Of a DNA stretch of 64,000 nt, positions 38,443 through 47,532 are shown in pieces. A model generated the notes under the pieces. That model was not told the origin of the DNA, made no database searches, and saw nothing but the letters and a program-made list of their open reading frames with translations. Positions within the stretch are counted from its first letter, which is position 1. Each line of letters begins with the position of its first letter. Source of the stretch: an uncultured Muribaculaceae bacterium (GTDB lineage: Bacteria > Bacteroidota > Bacteroidia > Bacteroidales > UBA932); assembly GCA_964385795.1 (NCBI GenBank), contig CAYLPY010000002.1:47079-111078 (forward strand), written 5' to 3'. The position numbers and the translations under genes are program-made.

Positions 38443-39627
38443 TTACCAGAGAAAATTATTGAAAGGATATCTTCCGGCATGTATCTCAGCCACCATCTTG
38501 TAGATGTCATCCTTAAGTTTATCGATACCTATTTTCTCGGTTGCAGATATGAATATGCAAGGTATCTTGCGGTCATTGACCCACTTGTACTTGACTTCGT
38601 CGAGAGTCAGGTGCCTGTCTTCTTTCGGCTCAAGGGAGAATTCGTCATACTCCTCGTTTGTGTAGGCATCTATCTTGTTGAAGACTATGTATATAGGCTT
38701 GTCTGATGCTGATATATCCTTAAGTGTCTTTTCAACTACCTCCATCTGCTCTTCGTAATCCGGATGTGAAATATCCACCACGTGCACCAGTATGTCTGCT
38801 TCCCTGACCTCGTCGAGGGTACTCTTGAAGGCTTCTATGAGTTGTGTAGGCAGTTTACGGATGAACCCTACGGTGTCGCTGAGAAGGAACGGGACGTTCC
38901 CTATGACTACTTTTCTTACTGTTGTATCAAGAGTTGCGAAAAGTTTGTTTTCAGCGAATACGTCCGACTTTGAAAGCAGGTTCATGAGCGTTGATTTGCC
39001 TACATTGGTGTAGCCCACCAGCGAGAGACGTACCATTGCTCCGCGGTTACTCCTCTGTGTGGCCATCTGCTTGTCCACCTTCTTTAGCTGTTCTTTGAGC
39101 CTTGCGATTCTTTCTCTGACTATGCGCCTGTCCACCTCAATCTGTGTTTCGCCCATACCTCCTCGCATTCCGACGCCTCCCCTCTGTCTTTCGAGGTGGG
39201 TCCACATTCCGGCAAGCCTCGGGAGCATATAGTTATACCTTGCAAGCTCCACCTGCATCTTTGCGTACGCAGTCTTGGCTCTCTGTGAAAAAATCTCGAG
39301 TATAAGGCTGGTCCTGTCGATGACGGTGGCAGTCTTTATGACTTTTTCGATGTTGCGCTGCTGCATTCCACTGAGTTCATCATCAAAGATGACATATTTG
39401 ATAAGTTGCTCCTCGCAATACTGCGCTATTTCCTCAAGCTTGCCACTTCTTATATATGTGGACTTTTCCGGTTTTTCGAGCCTCTGGATGAATTTTCTGT
39501 CTCCTGCGGCACCTGCGGTTTCTGCCAGGAACTCGAGTTCGTCGAGATATTCCATCACCTTTCGCTCGTCGTCACCTTGCTTGATTATACCGACGAATAC
39601 TGCTTTCTCTTCTGTTCTGATGTCCAT
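38443..39627 (-). CDS. hflX: Ribosome-splitting GTPase HflX
   Basis: GKLEEI, IFDDELS, GETQIEVDRR, GYTNVGKST, LFATLDTT, DTVGFI, NKID. Confidence 0.97.
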   Translation of the reverse strand: MDIRTEEKAVFVGIIKQGDDERKVMEYLDELEFLAETAGAAGDRKFIQRLEKPEKSTYIRSGKLEEIAQYCEEQLIKYVIFDDELSGMQQRNIEKVIKTATVIDRTSLILEIFSQRAKTAYAKMQVELARYNYMLPRLAGMWTHLERQRGGVGMRGGMGETQIEVDRRIVRERIARLKEQLKKVDKQMATQRSNRGAMVRLSLVGYTNVGKSTLMNLLSKSDVFAENKLFATLDTTVRKVVIGNVPFLLSDTVGFIRKLPTQLIEAFKSTLDEVREADILVHVVDISHPDYEEQMEVVEKTLKDISASDKPIYIVFNKIDAYTNEEYDEFSLEPKEDRHLTLDEVKYKWVNDRKIPCIFISATEKIGIDKLKDDIYKMVAEIHAGRYPFNNFLW

Positions 39628-39635
39628 TTATTATC

Positions 39636-39668
39636 AAAAAAAAGGCCATCCTTTTTGTGGGACAGCCT
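39636..39668 (-). terminator. Intrinsic terminator after tonB
   Basis: Minus strand AGGCTGTCC...GGATGGCCT followed by T8. Confidence 0.75.
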
Positions 39669-39688
39669 CAGTATTGTGTTTTTGTATT

Positions 39689-40381
39689 TTACCTCAACTG
39701 GAAGATAACAGGGAACGTGTAGGTTACCTTTACTGCACGGTCTCTCTGGCGACCCGGCTCCCACTTAGGTGAACTTGAAACAACCCTGACTGCCTCCTTG
39801 TCAAGAGAAGGATCAACGCCTCTGAGCACTATAACATTTGTTATGGTTCCGTTAGGGTTTACGGTGAACTGGAGCATAACACGTCCGCTCAAGCCATTCT
39901 CCTTTGCAATCTCCGGGTAATCAAGGTGCTCAGACACCCACCTTGAGAAGGTATTGGCATCTCCTCCTTGGAAAGAAGGCTTCACTTCTACAATCTGGAA
40001 CGGTATAGCCTCTTCTTCTATAGTCTCTTCCTCAACTTCCTCAACGTAGTCCATAATTTCCACACCGAGGTTAGGGTCGTCCTCGAGGTTGATGAAAGTG
40101 TCATCGACTTTGATGTCGTCATCTACGATGTCGATCTGGTCTGAAAGGAACACCTGCTTCGGTGCTTCTGCAGGTGGTGGTGGAGTCTCTTGCTGGGTGA
40201 TAGGAATTACCTCTTCCTCAGCCACCTCGGCAACTTCCGCTACCAAAGCTGCCTCTGACTTCTCGGAGCTCGTCCAGTTGAAGGCAACGAACACTACGAG
40301 GAGTGCGATGACGAAACCTATCTCCACGAACAGCAACTTTCTGTTGTTCAAGTCGGCTTTAGGTGATTTTTTAACTTCCAT
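39689..40381 (-). CDS. tonB: Energy transducer TonB (stand-alone)
   Basis: MEVKKSPKADL, TM helix, PPPP linker, PSFQGG...YPEIAKENG.SGRV...W.PG.QR; start set to ATG 40381 because a -7 box lies at 40415-40422. Confidence 0.92.
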   Translation of the reverse strand: MEVKKSPKADLNNRKLLFVEIGFVIALLVVFVAFNWTSSEKSEAALVAEVAEVAEEEVIPITQQETPPPPAEAPKQVFLSDQIDIVDDDIKVDDTFINLEDDPNLGVEIMDYVEEVEEETIEEEAIPFQIVEVKPSFQGGDANTFSRWVSEHLDYPEIAKENGLSGRVMLQFTVNPNGTITNVIVLRGVDPSLDKEAVRVVSSSPKWEPGRQRDRAVKVTYTFPVIFQLR

Positions 40382-40414
40382 TTTATTAGTTTTTAGATTA
40401 TTCCATTCGCGGTC

Positions 40415-40471
40415 CAAAGATAAAAATATTTCGACTTATTTCCAATTTTTGACTTTATAGTTGTAGATTTG
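40415..40471. promoter_or_regulatory. Divergent -7 promoter boxes (tonB / ybeY-mnmG)
   Basis: TATCTTTG minus 40415-40422; TAGATTTG plus 40464-40471. Confidence 0.65.
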
Positions 40472-40486
40472 CGCAAATTTTAATGG

Positions 40487-40912
40487 ATGGTACGCTACTT
40501 TACTGAGGATTCTGATTTTGTCTTCAAGCCTAAGGCTTTGAACAATAAGTGGTTGAAAATGGTTGCAGGAAGCGAGATTAAGCGTCTTGGCGCCATCAAC
40601 ATCATCTTTTGTTCGGATAACTACATCCTTGACGTCAATATGAAATATCTTCAGCATGACTACTTTACGGATATAATTACCTTCGATTACTGTGAAAAGG
40701 ATGTTCTTTCCGGGGATCTTTTCATAAGTGTGGATTCTGTCCGTGAGAACGCAGCTTTCTATAAGACAGAATTCAATGACGAACTCAACCGTGTCATCGT
40801 CCATGGTCTTCTTCACCTTATAGGTTACGATGACCATACGGATGAAGATATCAAAATCATGCGGAGCAAAGAAGATTACTATCTCTCGCTCAGAACTTCT
40901 CTCGTAGGATGA
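40487..40912 (+). CDS. ybeY: rRNA maturation RNase YbeY
   Basis: [28 protein letters not shown]. Confidence 0.96.
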   Translation: MVRYFTEDSDFVFKPKALNNKWLKMVAGSEIKRLGAINIIFCSDNYILDVNMKYLQHDYFTDIITFDYCEKDVLSGDLFISVDSVRENAAFYKTEFNDELNRVIVHGLLHLIGYDDHTDEDIKIMRSKEDYYLSLRTSLVG

Positions 40913-42771
40913 GTTTTATTTATGATGTCATTGTCGTAGGCGGTGGACACGCCGGCTGCGAGGCTGCGATGGCGGCGGCGAATCTCGGGTCGAGAGTCCT
41001 TCTGCTTTCAGCTGATATGTCTGCCTTTGCTAAAATGTCCTGTAATCCTGCAATAGGCGGAATTGCTAAGGGTCAGATAGTTAGAGAGATAGATGCTCTT
41101 GGAGGGTATACCGGCATAGTAACTGACCGCTCTACGCTCCAGTTTAGGATGCTCAACAAGTCTAAGGGTCCTGCAATGTGGAGTCCTCGCGCGCAGTGTG
41201 ATAAAGTGCTGTTTTCACTGAATTGGCGCAAAATTCTTGAAAGTAATTGTAATATAGATATTTACGCCGATTTTGCCGTTTCTTTTCTCTTTGAGAATTT
41301 AAAAATTGTCGGTGTTCGTACAAATACCGGGGCAATTTTTAAGTCTCGGAGCGTTGTCCTTACCGCAGGAACATTCCTTTCGGGCAAAATATTCATAGGA
41401 CGCACTTCTATGACAGGTGGTAGAATAGGAGAACTGTCGTCGGAAGGTCTGACTTTGCAGCTCACTGAAAGGGGGCTTGTCTCCGGAAGAATGAAGACTG
41501 GAACTCCGCCGAGGATAGACATCTCCTCAGTAGATACTTCTTCACTGACTCCCCAGTTTGGAGATGCTGAACCGGAACGCTTTTCCTTTCTTGACTCTCC
41601 GTCGAGGATTCAGGATGGCTCGTCTTCTCAGATGCCGTGCTTTATTCTTCATACGAATGAGAAGGTCCATGATATCCTCCGCAGTGGTTTTTCTGATTCT
41701 CCTCTTTTTACAGGTCTGATTCATGGCAAAGGGCCGCGATATTGTCCGAGTATCGAGGATAAACTACGTGTCTTTCCGGAGAACAATGCTCATCAGCTCT
41801 TTCTTGAGCCGGAAGGGGAGTGGACCAACGAGTACTATCTCCAGGGGTTCTCTTCTTCTCTTCCGCTTCAAGTCCAACTTGATGCCCTCCATGCTATAAA
41901 GGGACTTGAGAACGCGAAGATATTCAAGCCTGCGTATGCGGTAGAGTACGATTATTTCGATCCTACCTGTCTTACATCTTCTCTTGAGACGAAGACTGTA
42001 GAAGGACTTTTTCTTGCAGGGCAGGTGAATGGCACCACCGGATATGAGGAGGCTGCTGCTCAAGGAATAATAGCAGGTATCAATGCTCATCGAAAGATTA
42101 ATGGGCAGGATCCTCTGATTCTCGGTCGCGATCAGGCTTATATCGGGGTTCTGATTGATGATCTCGTCACGAAGGGTGTAGATGAACCTTACCGTATGTT
42201 TACTTCCCGTGCTGAATACCGGATACTTCTTCGTCAAGATAATGCTGATTATCGTCTGACAACGCTGTCGTATTCTATCGGACTTGCTAATGAGCGTAGA
42301 TATGTTTTGACAATGCGCAAGTATGAGGAGGTGGAGTCTCTGTTGAAATATTGCGATAAGTATAAAATATCCGCTTCTTCCCTCAATCCTTTCCTTACAG
42401 AGCGTGGTTCAAATACTGTTTCAGAGTCAAAGAAAATTGCCGATATTGCCACTCGTCCTGAAATTACACTCTATGATTTGCTTCAAATAGTTCCACGTGG
42501 AACAACTGATAAGGTTATTTGCGAGAGCGTGGAAATAGCCATAAAATACAAGGGGTATATCGATCGTGAACTGCAGGCTGCAGAAAAGCTACATCGTCTT
42601 GAGAATCTCCAGATACCGGATGGATTTGATTTTGAGAAGATAAATGGTCTTTCAATTGAGTGCCGTCAGAAGTTTAAAAAATATAGCCCGCGCACAATCG
42701 CGCAGGCTATGAGGATTTCGGGCGTGTCGCCTTCTGATATTTCTGTGCTTCTCGTCTATTTCGGACGGTGA
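40909..42771 (+). CDS. mnmG: tRNA uridine-5-carboxymethylaminomethyl(34) synthesis enzyme MnmG (GidA)
   Basis: [50 protein letters not shown]. Confidence 0.98.
   Translation: MSFIYDVIVVGGGHAGCEAAMAAANLGSRVLLLSADMSAFAKMSCNPAIGGIAKGQIVREIDALGGYTGIVTDRSTLQFRMLNKSKGPAMWSPRAQCDKVLFSLNWRKILESNCNIDIYADFAVSFLFENLKIVGVRTNTGAIFKSRSVVLTAGTFLSGKIFIGRTSMTGGRIGELSSEGLTLQLTERGLVSGRMKTGTPPRIDISSVDTSSLTPQFGDAEPERFSFLDSPSRIQDGSSSQMPCFILHTNEKVHDILRSGFSDSPLFTGLIHGKGPRYCPSIEDKLRVFPENNAHQLFLEPEGEWTNEYYLQGFSSSLPLQVQLDALHAIKGLENAKIFKPAYAVEYDYFDPTCLTSSLETKTVEGLFLAGQVNGTTGYEEAAAQGIIAGINAHRKINGQDPLILGRDQAYIGVLIDDLVTKGVDEPYRMFTSRAEYRILLRQDNADYRLTTLSYSIGLANERRYVLTMRKYEEVESLLKYCDKYKISASSLNPFLTERGSNTVSESKKIADIATRPEITLYDLLQIVPRGTTDKVICESVEIAIKYKGYIDRELQAAEKLHRLENLQIPDGFDFEKINGLSIECRQKFKKYSPRTIAQAMRISGVSPSDISVLLVYFGR
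42489..42504. promoter_or_regulatory. parS: parS centromere-like site embedded in mnmG
   Basis: AGTTCCACGTGGAACA, 15/16 match to the bacterial parS consensus TGTTCCACGTGGAACA; perfect 14-bp palindromic core; encodes (I)VPRGT. Confidence 0.75.
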
Positions 42772-42821
42772 TATTATGATCTGCTTGCTCCTTTATGAAG
42801 TCTTCTGCAGTATGCTCCTTC

Positions 42822-43415
42822 TTAGAGTATTTTGAGAGCAGCCTTGATGATTTCCTCTACGGAAGCAATAGGGTTGCCTTTTAAGATGGACTGGATAGTT
42901 TTTGATATATTCGGTTTCGCGAAGCCGAGATTGAGCAGTGCCGTTGCTGCTTCTTCTGCCGCCAGATTGGATTCTGCTTTGAGTAGTGTCTCGAAACTTG
43001 AATTCTCTCCCTTGACTATCTTGTCTTTAAGTTCGAGGATAAGTCTTTGGGCGCTTTTTAGTCCGATTCCTTTTATGGACTTGAGTCTGTTGATGTCCTC
43101 CGAGAGGATAGCTTCGTTGAGTTCCTGCGGGCTGAGCGACGAAAGAATCATCCTCGCTGACGACGCGCCCATTCCGGATACGGAGGTGATGTTTCTGAAG
43201 AGGGCTCTCTCTTCCTTGCTGGCGAAACCGTAGTCTGTCTCTAGTCCGTCGCGCTGGTTGACTTGTTTCTGAATGTAGACGACTGCGTCGCTGTTTCCGC
43301 TTAGAACATCGTAGGTCTGCAAGGATATTTCGACACAGTAACCTATGCCGTTGTTGTCTATTACTGCCGATGTTGGGGTCAGTTCTTTGATTTTGCCACT
43401 AATGTAGTCTATCAT
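42822..43415 (-). CDS. ruvA: Holliday junction branch migration protein RuvA
   Basis: MIDYISG, GIGY, GMGASSA, IKGIGLKSAQRLILELKDK. Confidence 0.95.
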   Translation of the reverse strand: MIDYISGKIKELTPTSAVIDNNGIGYCVEISLQTYDVLSGNSDAVVYIQKQVNQRDGLETDYGFASKEERALFRNITSVSGMGASSARMILSSLSPQELNEAILSEDINRLKSIKGIGLKSAQRLILELKDKIVKGENSSFETLLKAESNLAAEEAATALLNLGFAKPNISKTIQSILKGNPIASVEEIIKAALKIL

Positions 43416-43435
43416 TTCTATTTGTTTTACCGATG

Positions 43436-43498
43436 CAAAAATATAAATTCCTTAACACTTTGTCTGTTGTCAAATATCAAAACAGATTGTTAATTTTG
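43436..43498. promoter_or_regulatory. Divergent -7 promoter boxes (ruvA / sufS operon)
   Basis: TATTTTTG minus 43436-43443; TAATTTTG plus 43491-43498. Confidence 0.65.
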
Positions 43499-43506
43499 CA
43501 GTTTAT

Positions 43507-44733
43507 ATGAATTCAGAAGAATTGCGATCATTTTTTCCGCAGCTTTCCGAGCGCGTGTATGGCAAGCCGCTTGTCTATTTAGACAATGCTGCCACTACAA
43601 TGCGCCCTGTACAGGTCGTGCAAAAATGGGATGAGATGTCGCTGAAATTCAACTCAAACCTTCATCGCGCAGTTCACCATATCGCGGATCTTGCGACTGA
43701 GGAGTATGAGTCTTCGAGGACAGTAGTGGCTGACTTTATTGGTGCTGCTTCTGGAGACGAGATTGTATTCACCTCAGGTACCACAGCTTCCATCAATCTT
43801 GTGGCATATTCTTTCGGTGAAGCGTTCGTAGGTGAGGGCGACGAGATAATCGTTTCCGAATCCGAGCATCATTCCGATATCGTTCCATGGCAACTGCTTT
43901 GCGGGCGGAAGAAAGCTGTACTGCGAGTGCTTCCGGTCGATGACTACGGATGTCTCAGACTCGATGTGCTGAAGTCCCTCCTTTCGGAGAAGACAAAACT
44001 CGTATGCGTCGCTCACATTTCCAATGTGCTTGGACTGGTTAATCCGGTAAAGGAGATTGTAAATATTTGTCATTCAATTAATTGTCCTGTTCTTGTCGAT
44101 GGCGCTCAGGGAGTGGTTCACGAGTGCGTGGACGTATCTAGTCTGGACTGTGATTTTTATGCTTTCTCCGGGCACAAGATATATGCCTCACCCGGCACAG
44201 GAGTCCTTTACGGGAAGAAGAAGTGGCTTGATGCCATGCCGCCTTTCCTCGGGGGAGGTGAGATGATTGCTACGGTCTCCTGGGATGGCACGGCATACGC
44301 GGTTGCTCCGCATAAGTTCGAGGCGGGAACCCAGAACATCTCGGGGACTCCGACTTTTAAACCGGCCACTGAACTCATGAGACAGATGCGCTGCCCAGAA
44401 ATAGAGAGACAGACCGAAGAGATTTGCGACTATATTCTGAATATTCTTTCAAGTGATTGCAGGATAAAACTTTACGGTACTCCGTTCGGCGGATGCAGGA
44501 AGATACCTCTCTTTTCGTTCTCCGTGGAACATATCCATCACGAGGATCTCGCGCTCATTCTGGACAAGATGGGGGTGGCGGTCCGTTCGGGACAGATGTG
44601 TGCCGAGCCGCTGATGGACAGATTTGGAGTCACCGGCATGCTCAGGGCATCGTTCGCTCCGTACAATACACTTGACGAAGCGAAGTATTTCGTGGAATCA
44701 CTTGACAGGGCCATTAAAATGCTTGACAGATGA
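43507..44733 (+). CDS. sufS: Cysteine desulfurase SufS
   Basis: YLDNAAT, EHHSD, DGAQG, FSGHK (PLP Lys), EAGT, VRSGQMC. Confidence 0.95.
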   Translation: MNSEELRSFFPQLSERVYGKPLVYLDNAATTMRPVQVVQKWDEMSLKFNSNLHRAVHHIADLATEEYESSRTVVADFIGAASGDEIVFTSGTTASINLVAYSFGEAFVGEGDEIIVSESEHHSDIVPWQLLCGRKKAVLRVLPVDDYGCLRLDVLKSLLSEKTKLVCVAHISNVLGLVNPVKEIVNICHSINCPVLVDGAQGVVHECVDVSSLDCDFYAFSGHKIYASPGTGVLYGKKKWLDAMPPFLGGGEMIATVSWDGTAYAVAPHKFEAGTQNISGTPTFKPATELMRQMRCPEIERQTEEICDYILNILSSDCRIKLYGTPFGGCRKIPLFSFSVEHIHHEDLALILDKMGVAVRSGQMCAEPLMDRFGVTGMLRASFAPYNTLDEAKYFVESLDRAIKMLDR

Positions 44734-45152
44734 AGACATTGAAGGAAGCACAGGATGAACTTGTAGACGAACTGTCGATGTTCGACAACTGGTTGGACAA
44801 GTATGAATATCTTATAGATATGGGTAAGTCGCTTGATACTTTCCCAGAGGAGGCAAAGACTGAAGATTGTCTCATAAAAGGTTGCCAGTCAAGAGTATGG
44901 CTCGACTGGAAAGAGGTAGATGGGGCTCTTCAGTTCTGTGCGGACAGCGATGCTCTCATCACGAAGGGTATCATATCGCTTCTCGTCAGGGTGTATTCCG
45001 GAAGGACTGCCTGCGAGATAGCAGCTGACGATTTCTCTTTCGTCGAGAGACTCGGGCTCAAGGAGAACCTTTCCCCGACGAGAGCCAACGGACTTGCCTC
45101 GATGATAGCCACGATGCGACGCATCGCAAACGAAAACTGCAGCAGCAAATGA
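44730..45152 (+). CDS. sufE: Sulfur acceptor SufE
   Basis: KYEYLI..GK, IKGCQSRVW, DSDALI.KG, LSPTRANG. Confidence 0.95.
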   Translation: MKTLKEAQDELVDELSMFDNWLDKYEYLIDMGKSLDTFPEEAKTEDCLIKGCQSRVWLDWKEVDGALQFCADSDALITKGIISLLVRVYSGRTACEIAADDFSFVERLGLKENLSPTRANGLASMIATMRRIANENCSSK

Positions 45153-45523
45153 GTGACGAAAAAGACATTCTCACACCGGAAGACGTCAAGGAACTTGCAC
45201 CTCTCTATGAAGCGGTGGTCCTTGCGTTGAAGCAGGTGTACGATCCGGAGATACCTGTGAACATCTATGACCTCGGACTTATCTATGAACTCAACATAAG
45301 CAAGTCGCGTGATGTGCACATCAAGATGACTTTCACTGCGCCGAACTGCCCGATGGCCGACGAGGTTCTTGCGGAAGTGAAGCACAACGTCGAGATTACG
45401 CCAGGCATTAAGTCCTGCGCGATAGAACTTGTGTTTGAACCGGTGTGGGACAGGAGTATGCTTTCCGACGAGGCGCGGGTGGCTCTCGGCATGGATCCTG
45501 AGATGGACGATGATTTCGCTTGA
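45149..45523 (+). CDS. sufT: DUF59/SufT Fe-S assembly protein
   Basis: VYDPEIPVNIYDLGLIY, MTFTAPNCP, FEPVW. Confidence 0.9.
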   Translation: MSDEKDILTPEDVKELAPLYEAVVLALKQVYDPEIPVNIYDLGLIYELNISKSRDVHIKMTFTAPNCPMADEVLAEVKHNVEITPGIKSCAIELVFEPVWDRSMLSDEARVALGMDPEMDDDFA

Positions 45524-45947
45524 TGTTTATCTCTCCCTCGGTACCAACGAAGGCGACCGTCGTGCCAATATCGGCAGGGCTCTCGCTCTTCTCGATGAAA
45601 GGATGGGGGGAGCGAGGACTGCTCTTTCTTCCATTATCGAATCTAAGTCCTGGGGATTCGAGGGTGGGGATTTTCTGAACTGCGTGGCCTGCTACAGCAC
45701 CTCACTTGGGCCAGAGGAGATACTTTCGGTGTGCAAGGGCATAGAGAAGGAGATGGGCCGCCGCGAAGTCGTGGAATATGCTTCGGACGGAAGCCGTATC
45801 TATCACAACAGAATCATAGACATAGATATTCTCCTGTACGGAGACATGACCGTCGACACGCCTTTCCTTAAGATTCCTCATCCACTGATGAAGGAAAGGG
45901 ATTTCATTATGCGGCCGCTACTGGAAATATTGGGCGAAAAAGCGTAA
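45510..45947 (+). CDS. folK: 2-amino-4-hydroxy-6-hydroxymethyldihydropteridine diphosphokinase
   Basis: YLSLGTNEGDR, FLN, IE..MGR, RIIDIDILLY, IPHP...RDF; start at ATG 45510 inferred. Confidence 0.93.
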   Translation: MISLDVYLSLGTNEGDRRANIGRALALLDERMGGARTALSSIIESKSWGFEGGDFLNCVACYSTSLGPEEILSVCKGIEKEMGRREVVEYASDGSRIYHNRIIDIDILLYGDMTVDTPFLKIPHPLMKERDFIMRPLLEILGEKA

Positions 45948-45952
45948 ATTTG
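45945..45952 (+). promoter_or_regulatory. -7 promoter box (glyQS-thiL-like), overlapping the folK stop codon
   Basis: TAAATTTG. Confidence 0.55.
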
Positions 45953-45993
45953 TCGCTTGTCCTTCAAGAAGAAAACGAAAAAATCAAACTGAT

Positions 45994-47532
45994 ATGACAC
46001 AAGAAGAATTGTTCAAGGTTCTCGTTGCCCACTGCAAGGAGTACGGGTTCATCTTTCCATCGAGCGACATCTACGACGGTCTTGCCGCCGTGTATGACTA
46101 CGGCCAGATGGGCGTGGAACTTAAAAACAACATCAAGCAATATTGGTGGAACGCGATGACTCGTCTCAACGAGAACATCGTCGGCATCGACGCCTGTATA
46201 TTCATGCACCCGAAGACCTGGGTTGCATCCGGTCACGTGGCAGCGTTCAACGACCCACTCATCGACAACAAGGACTCCAAGAAAAGATACCGTGCCGATG
46301 TCCTGATTGAGGACTATCTCTGCAAGATTGAGGAGAAAATCAATAAGGAAGTCGAGAAAGGCCGCCGCAAATTCGGAGAGTCCTTCGATGAGGCGAAGTT
46401 CCGCGAGACCAATCCGAACGTTCTTCGCGAGAAAGCTCGCTATGAGCAGGTTCACAACCGCTATGTGGCAGCCGAGCAGGCCAATGACCTCAAGGAATAC
46501 AAGCAGATTATCATGGACTGTGGCATCGTATGTCCGATCAGCGGCACCTGCAACTGGACGGATGTGAGACAGTTCAACCTCATGTTCTCTACACAGTTCG
46601 GCTCCGTGGGAGACGAGTCCAATACCATCTATCTCCGTCCTGAGACTGCGCAGGGCATCTTTGTGGACTACATCAACGTCCAGAAGACCGGCAGGATGAA
46701 GATTCCTTTCGGTATTGCGCAGATAGGCAAGGCCTTCCGCAACGAAGTTGTGGCGCGTCAGTTCATCTTCAGAATGAGGGAGTTCGAGCAGATGGAGATG
46801 GAGTTCTTCGTCCGCCCTGGGACTGAGATGGAGTGGTTCAAAAAGTGGAAGGAGAATCGCATGAAATGGCATACCAACCTCGGAATGGGGGAGGAGAACT
46901 ACCGTTTTCACGATCATGAGAAGCTCGCGCACTATGCTAACGCCGCTACGGACATAGAGTTCAACTTCCCATTCGGCTTCAAGGAACTCGAAGGTATCCA
47001 CAGCAGGACCGACTTCGATCTCGGCAACCATCAGAAAATCTCCGGCAAGAAGCTCCAGTACTTCGACCCTGAGACCAACGAAAGCTATGTGCCTTACTGC
47101 GTGGAGACTTCCATTGGCGTGGACCGTATGTTCCTCGCAGTGCTGAGCCACTCCTACAAGGTCGAGACTCTCGAAAACGGCGAGACCCGCACCGTGCTCA
47201 GCCTTCCTGCGCCTCTCGCGCCGGTCAAGGCGGCAGTCCTCCCCCTCGTGAAGAAGGACGGTCTTCCAGAGTTCGCGCAGAATGTTATGGACGAGCTTAA
47301 ATATGACTTCAATTGCCAGTACGACGAGAAAGACAGTATAGGCAAGAGATACCGCCGTCAGGATGCTCTCGGAACTCCGTACTGCATCACGGTCGACCAC
47401 GATTCTCTCGTGGACAACTGCGTCACCGTCCGTGACCGCGACACGATGCAGCAGGAGAGAGTGCCTGTGGCAGAGCTCCGCAGCCTGATTGACAAGAGAG
47501 TCAACCTCAACAACCTGCTGAGGAACCTCTAA
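45994..47532 (+). CDS. glyQS: Glycyl-tRNA synthetase, homodimeric type
   Basis: YDYG..G..LK.N, YLRPETAQG, GKAFRNE, FIFRMREFEQME, HYA..A.DIEF, GKRYRRQD. Confidence 0.97.
   Translation: MTQEELFKVLVAHCKEYGFIFPSSDIYDGLAAVYDYGQMGVELKNNIKQYWWNAMTRLNENIVGIDACIFMHPKTWVASGHVAAFNDPLIDNKDSKKRYRADVLIEDYLCKIEEKINKEVEKGRRKFGESFDEAKFRETNPNVLREKARYEQVHNRYVAAEQANDLKEYKQIIMDCGIVCPISGTCNWTDVRQFNLMFSTQFGSVGDESNTIYLRPETAQGIFVDYINVQKTGRMKIPFGIAQIGKAFRNEVVARQFIFRMREFEQMEMEFFVRPGTEMEWFKKWKENRMKWHTNLGMGEENYRFHDHEKLAHYANAATDIEFNFPFGFKELEGIHSRTDFDLGNHQKISGKKLQYFDPETNESYVPYCVETSIGVDRMFLAVLSHSYKVETLENGETRTVLSLPAPLAPVKAAVLPLVKKDGLPEFAQNVMDELKYDFNCQYDEKDSIGKRYRRQDALGTPYCITVDHDSLVDNCVTVRDRDTMQQERVPVAELRSLIDKRVNLNNLLRNL

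Noticed and set aside
38443-43500. Horizontally acquired island suggested by low GC
   Set aside because: Only universal genes, and no integrase, tRNA target or direct repeats.
44516-44531. Second parS-like site in sufS (CGTTCTCCGTGGAACA)
   Set aside because: Three mismatches break the palindrome; could be chance.
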